From Candidatus Omnitrophota bacterium (lineage in GTDB: Bacteria > Omnitrophota > Gorgyraeia > JAGLLT01): DNA of 50,134 nt. Below the pieces are notes generated by a model, which did not search any database, was not told the DNA's origin, and was given only the letters and a program-made list of their open reading frames with translations. Positions 45,780 through 50,134 of this stretch are shown here, one piece after another. The DNA lies in the NCBI GenBank assembly GCA_023140385.1, contig JAGLLT010000008.1, positions 1 through 50,134 of the forward strand. Direction: 5' to 3'. The first letter of the stretch is position 1. The number at the start of each line of letters is the position of its first letter. The translations under genes were made by a program, and so were the position numbers.

Positions 45780-48458
45780 ATGCCCTACAATAAGATTTTA
45801 CGTTACAAAACTGCCATTATTATTACTTTTTTATGTTTGTTTACCTTGTTGGGGGTAGATACGGCTGTTGCTGTTGTGGGCGAGATAGATTACGATTCAC
45901 TGTCTCCTGCACATTGGAAGGGTGTGGTACTGACGTCCTATTATAGGGTTGCTGGAGTTCAAAAACGGACAGAAGGTGAAGGGGTGAGTGACTGGTGGCC
46001 GAATATCGGTGGAGAGTTTGAGTGCCAATATACGCTGTTTCCCGTGGTATCTGGAATGACGCGAAGCAAAAGAAAATATGTTGATAACAATTGGATAGAG
46101 AGATGGACTACGTGGAGCCCTTGGACATCTACCAATTATACTGTCTCTCCATATTCGGGATGCTATGGAACATCTACTCTTTACACGTTTACGAATCCAT
46201 ATTCACAATACTCGAAACTTATAAGTTCTAATGGAATTATAACAAAGAAAGTGGGCGTTCGCATAGACCCCGCGTTATTCACCGGCAGTATGCCCGGAAT
46301 CTTCCGGATTTATGGAGATACTTTTTATAGTGACGACCCCGATCATTATCTCCTGAATGGGAAGGCGCCGATTCCAGGTAAACCTATTGGTGTTGACGCG
46401 GACGACGAGGGTTGTCTTGATGTCGACGATAGGCTTAATAATGGCCTCAAGAGATATAAGATGTGCCTGTATTACAATCTGGGCAGGATCTATTCAGGAA
46501 AGGAGTTTGAAGTAGATATAACAATCCCTGATTTCTTTACACAGGAATTGACTTACTACAATCCACATTATTTATACCAACAAGAAAACAAATACCGGGG
46601 CTTCAGGACCGGCGATATACAACTGACGATTGACGTAAAAGGAGCCCATCCTGTTAAGACAACCGCTTTTTATCCTTCTTTAGCAAAGATAGCCGGTGTT
46701 TTGAAAGAATTAAAAGAAGATGACTACAAAACAATCAAAATCCAGTACGACATTAGAGGCTTTGAAGATACGCTTGAGATATATAGCCTTATCGGGAAAA
46801 CTAACTATGGAGGCCAGGGGAAGATAATAAGGACGATATCCGCGGCCGATTTAAAACCAACCGCAATCAGTGAAGGTTCTTTCTGGGACACTCACCAATG
46901 GGAGTGGGACGGTAAAGATGATGACGGCAATATCGTACCCAAGGGCATATATCCGATTGGGATACATTTTAAGGGCGAGAAACGTAGAGGCATAGTAAAT
47001 GGGGAAGTTATGTACGACCCGAATCAAGGGGCATTTGCTTATCTGGTCTATGGCAAGCCTGTTATCAGCGGGAAGATAGCAACTTTTAAAGCAGTTGGTC
47101 ATCGGAATATCTACCTGAACCTCTATGATGATAAATTCAGGCTTATCAAGAAGCTTTTGACTGGAGAAGAAGTTTCCTTTCGCAGTGAACCGGTGGAGTG
47201 GGACTTTACAGCTTACGCTCCCGGAACGTATCACTATACTGTTTACGCTGGGGATGATAACGACACCCAGTCACATGTCAGAGGGGGCCATTTTGAGCTG
47301 CCTACTGATCATATCCCCGTGGGTAAACCAAAGGACGATCCGCCCTCAGGAAAAGACATATTTGTTGGCTGGGAAAACGAAGGAGCGATCGTCAGGGTGA
47401 GAGCCCCGGGAGTGATTTATTATGAAGTTCCTGAAGAAAGATTTAAAGACAAGGCAGAAAAAGTAAAGGCTATCTTTGATCCGAATCCCAAGGATAAAAA
47501 TGCTTCCGAGCCTACAGACCCTGAATACGAAATGGTGATGCTTGAGGGTGCATATAGAATACACCTGCTTTCTTTATTGGAACATTGCGATATCTTTTAC
47601 TATAGCGGGCATGCCTTCAAGGATTCATTTAACATAATAACCGCTGATGAGATAAGGAATGTAAACAGGACACATTTAGGCAAGACATATCCTTTTACTC
47701 AGGTTTTCATAGATGGATGTAATAGCGCGGCAGGAGAGTTAGCCTCGGCCTTTGATACAAAGTCATACATGGGCTGGCTGGATTATTCCTATAGCATCAA
47801 AGGTGTGAGTATCTCTTACTCTACAGAGGAAAAAGACCCTGATGAGGAAGAAGGCCCTGACGAGGAAGAAGACCTTGACCTGGAAGGAAGAAATTTCCTG
47901 GAAAGGACATATAATTGTTTTAGCGATGGCTATTCAATGACAGCCGCCCGCTGTCTGGGCTTGGGCGAGATTGACCTTTTAGATACATTTAACTGCACAG
48001 ATGAACACACAAAGAAAAAGATCACTTATAATACCCGTGATTATTGCAAGAAAATTTCATATTTAAGCGGCGACGCGAACTGGCAGTATTACACACAGCC
48101 GTTTTATCTTTTTGATGGTGATATTTTGCCGCGAGAGATGCCGATTCTGATAACAGTGAAAACCCTTTTTAACATTTATTATGAACACAGCAACCAACAA
48201 CTGCCGCCGAAGGATGGGGCTATTGTTAATATTAATGGTGTAGATTATTCTTTGGACCCGTATTCTTGCGGAACTAAAACTGATAAGGACGGCGGGATAT
48301 TTATATCCGATAATGGCATACTCTATAGCGTTGACAAAGATATTTTTGAAAGCATTTCAAAAGAAGTCTACAAGACTTACTTTGAATTTAACGACGGGAT
48401 CAACGAACCCTTACGTATGCCCAGTAAGGGCTATTACAACGCGCCGAAGTTTTATTAG
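45780..48458 (+). CDS. Large secreted protein with FlgD-type Ig domain and possible caspase-fold (clan CD) peptidase domain
   Basis: Signal peptide; WEWDGKDDDGNIVPKGIY; IFYYSGH and VFIDGCNS. Confidence 0.6.
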   Translation: MPYNKILRYKTAIIITFLCLFTLLGVDTAVAVVGEIDYDSLSPAHWKGVVLTSYYRVAGVQKRTEGEGVSDWWPNIGGEFECQYTLFPVVSGMTRSKRKYVDNNWIERWTTWSPWTSTNYTVSPYSGCYGTSTLYTFTNPYSQYSKLISSNGIITKKVGVRIDPALFTGSMPGIFRIYGDTFYSDDPDHYLLNGKAPIPGKPIGVDADDEGCLDVDDRLNNGLKRYKMCLYYNLGRIYSGKEFEVDITIPDFFTQELTYYNPHYLYQQENKYRGFRTGDIQLTIDVKGAHPVKTTAFYPSLAKIAGVLKELKEDDYKTIKIQYDIRGFEDTLEIYSLIGKTNYGGQGKIIRTISAADLKPTAISEGSFWDTHQWEWDGKDDDGNIVPKGIYPIGIHFKGEKRRGIVNGEVMYDPNQGAFAYLVYGKPVISGKIATFKAVGHRNIYLNLYDDKFRLIKKLLTGEEVSFRSEPVEWDFTAYAPGTYHYTVYAGDDNDTQSHVRGGHFELPTDHIPVGKPKDDPPSGKDIFVGWENEGAIVRVRAPGVIYYEVPEERFKDKAEKVKAIFDPNPKDKNASEPTDPEYEMVMLEGAYRIHLLSLLEHCDIFYYSGHAFKDSFNIITADEIRNVNRTHLGKTYPFTQVFIDGCNSAAGELASAFDTKSYMGWLDYSYSIKGVSISYSTEEKDPDEEEGPDEEEDLDLEGRNFLERTYNCFSDGYSMTAARCLGLGEIDLLDTFNCTDEHTKKKITYNTRDYCKKISYLSGDANWQYYTQPFYLFDGDILPREMPILITVKTLFNIYYEHSNQQLPPKDGAIVNINGVDYSLDPYSCGTKTDKDGGIFISDNGILYSVDKDIFESISKEVYKTYFEFNDGINEPLRMPSKGYYNAPKFY

Positions 48459-48482
48459 TAAAAAACATAAGGAAACGTATAA

Positions 48483-50134
48483 ATGAAGAAGATTATAGTT
48501 TATCTAACTCTTAGCCTGATGTGTATTGCAACGATTGCTTATGCCGAAGAAGGAGAGTATGTCCTCCACGGCCTTAAGCATACCGGTGAAACAGATCTGA
48601 TTATACACTGGCCCACAGACAAACCGGCTATCCCGCATGTCAAATACGGCCTGGATGAAAGTAATCTTGATATGGTATCCGAACCAGGAGTATCCCGGCC
48701 GTTTATAGATGGAGACGGCAGTATATCTCATTATACACATGAGGTAATCTTAAGGAATCTGCTGCCTGATAAAGAATACCACTACAGAATGGCAACCCAC
48801 TTTGAGGATGGACGTATTGTAGAATCTCAACTTCTCCAATTTTCAACAGACCTTACCCCGCCTGTAGTAGAGATAATATCTCCTTTTCAGGATGATGTAT
48901 TAACAGGGGCCGTAACCCTTGAACTAACCGCTACAGACAATGTAGGAGTTAGTTTAGCCGGATTTAATATAAAGTGTGATGGAGACGCCACTCTGAATGT
49001 AGAGCCTTTTTCCGGGCCGGGTACACTAAAGGTAGGAGTTTATGACGGCAACTCTTACACGCTTGAGGATAACTTTTGCGCTGTTATTGATATGCCTCTT
49101 GGCAGTGAACTTGTTTTTGAGTCTTTGCCATATAGAGCCTTGTGGGATACCACCCAGTTTAAAGACGGTGAATATATAATAAGCGCCTGGGCCTGGGGCG
49201 GGCCGGTAACATACAAAAAGATCAGAGTCAGGGTGGATAATATCCCTCCCGACACCACACCTCCCACTGCCCGAATCACCTATCCTGAAGATGGAGCAAC
49301 TATATACGGCAAGGTTAAAATGACAGCCGAGGCGGCTGATAATCATGAGGTTAGTACAGTAAAGTATTTTGCGAATGAACAATATGAAGGCTATGGCCGG
49401 GGGCCGCTCTATGAGAGAGAGTGGAATACCGCTTTTGATGAGCCCGGTGTATATCAGCTTCAGGCCAAGGTCTGGGATGTGTCTCGAAATGAAGGAACCT
49501 CAGAGATTATCACCGTAACCGTTATCGAAAAAGTTGAAGACACAACTCCACCTGAAACCACAGACAACTATGAGTACAGTGAAGTCTGGATAAACACTGA
49601 CGCCTATATTACCTTAACCGCCATAGATGATATAAGCGGTGTAGCCAAGACCTGTTACACCATAGGCGGTGTTCAGTATGAAGGAACCGCTATCAGTCTT
49701 ACCAATGAAGGAGAACACCTGGTTTATTACTGGAGCGTAGACAATGGCGGCAATATAGAAGGTGAGAAGGTTATAACCGTCAAGATAGATAAGACTCCTC
49801 CTCAAACCACAGACAACTATCAATATGATGGTATCTGGATAAATGAGGATGCTAATATCACCTTAACCGCCATAGATGATATAAGCGGTGTGGCTAAGAC
49901 CTATTACACCATAAACGATGTTGAATATGAAGGAACCGCTATCAGTCTTACTAATGAAGGTGAATACGTAGTTAATTACTGGAGTGTAGACAATAGCGGC
50001 AATATAGAAGGTGCGAAGGTTATAACCGTAAAGATAGATAAGACTCCTCCTGAAGTAGCAATAAGCGTGGATCCGTCTATCCTCTGGCCTGTAAATCAGG
50101 TAGTAGAGATAACTATCAACGGCTCAGCTGTTGA
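48483..50134 (+). CDS. Secreted multi-Ig/FN3-repeat surface protein (runs off window; not in ORF track)
   Basis: MKKIIVYLTLSLMCIATIAYA signal peptide; same frame still open at the window end; DxTPP linkers; 249 bp (83 aa) tandem repeat at about 49544-50041. Confidence 0.8.
   Translation, partial: MKKIIVYLTLSLMCIATIAYAEEGEYVLHGLKHTGETDLIIHWPTDKPAIPHVKYGLDESNLDMVSEPGVSRPFIDGDGSISHYTHEVILRNLLPDKEYHYRMATHFEDGRIVESQLLQFSTDLTPPVVEIISPFQDDVLTGAVTLELTATDNVGVSLAGFNIKCDGDATLNVEPFSGPGTLKVGVYDGNSYTLEDNFCAVIDMPLGSELVFESLPYRALWDTTQFKDGEYIISAWAWGGPVTYKKIRVRVDNIPPDTTPPTARITYPEDGATIYGKVKMTAEAADNHEVSTVKYFANEQYEGYGRGPLYEREWNTAFDEPGVYQLQAKVWDVSRNEGTSEIITVTVIEKVEDTTPPETTDNYEYSEVWINTDAYITLTAIDDISGVAKTCYTIGGVQYEGTAISLTNEGEHLVYYWSVDNGGNIEGEKVITVKIDKTPPQTTDNYQYDGIWINEDANITLTAIDDISGVAKTYYTINDVEYEGTAISLTNEGEYVVNYWSVDNSGNIEGAKVITVKIDKTPPEVAISVDPSILWPVNQVVEITINGSAV

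Overview
Bacterial chromosomal window, AT-rich in the accessory parts, with essentially all credible genes on the + strand. It is organised around five tRNA genes: a 3' tRNA-Ser fragment at 1-31, Ser(CGA), Ser(GCT), Arg(ACG) and Ser(GGA). (1) 250-~12200 is a decayed accessory/defence region. It holds an AAA+DUF4143 ATPase, a MazG-like enzyme coupled to a DUF2075 nuclease-helicase with an S24 tail, an HsdS fragment, a MauJ/HEPN-like protein, RadC, RAYT transposase remnants, an MFS transporter and an AbrB antitoxin. (2) 12267-28133 carries housekeeping-type genes: aldolases, NMO, an ECF sigma/anti-sigma pair with an alpha-2-macroglobulin, PilZ and tadA. (3) 28713-44918 is a 16.2 kb island integrated at tRNA-Ser(GGA) with a 27 bp att duplication. 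It encodes an AVAST-like STAND nuclease, an orphan pPIWI-associated-type nuclease, an XRE/xis/integrase module, a type II-like RM pair, a GmrSD-like protein, and a Panacea/SocA-like protein coupled to a proteasome-beta-like protease. (4) Large secreted proteins run to the end of the window. The most unusual signal is a recurring tRNA + palindromic hairpin + stand-alone ~80 aa GIY-YIG nuclease architecture (three GIY-YIG copies). One locus has tandem tRNA-Ser 5' halves broken inside the anticodon, one of which carries a compensatory D-stem change. All family calls come from motif recognition by eye, not database searches.
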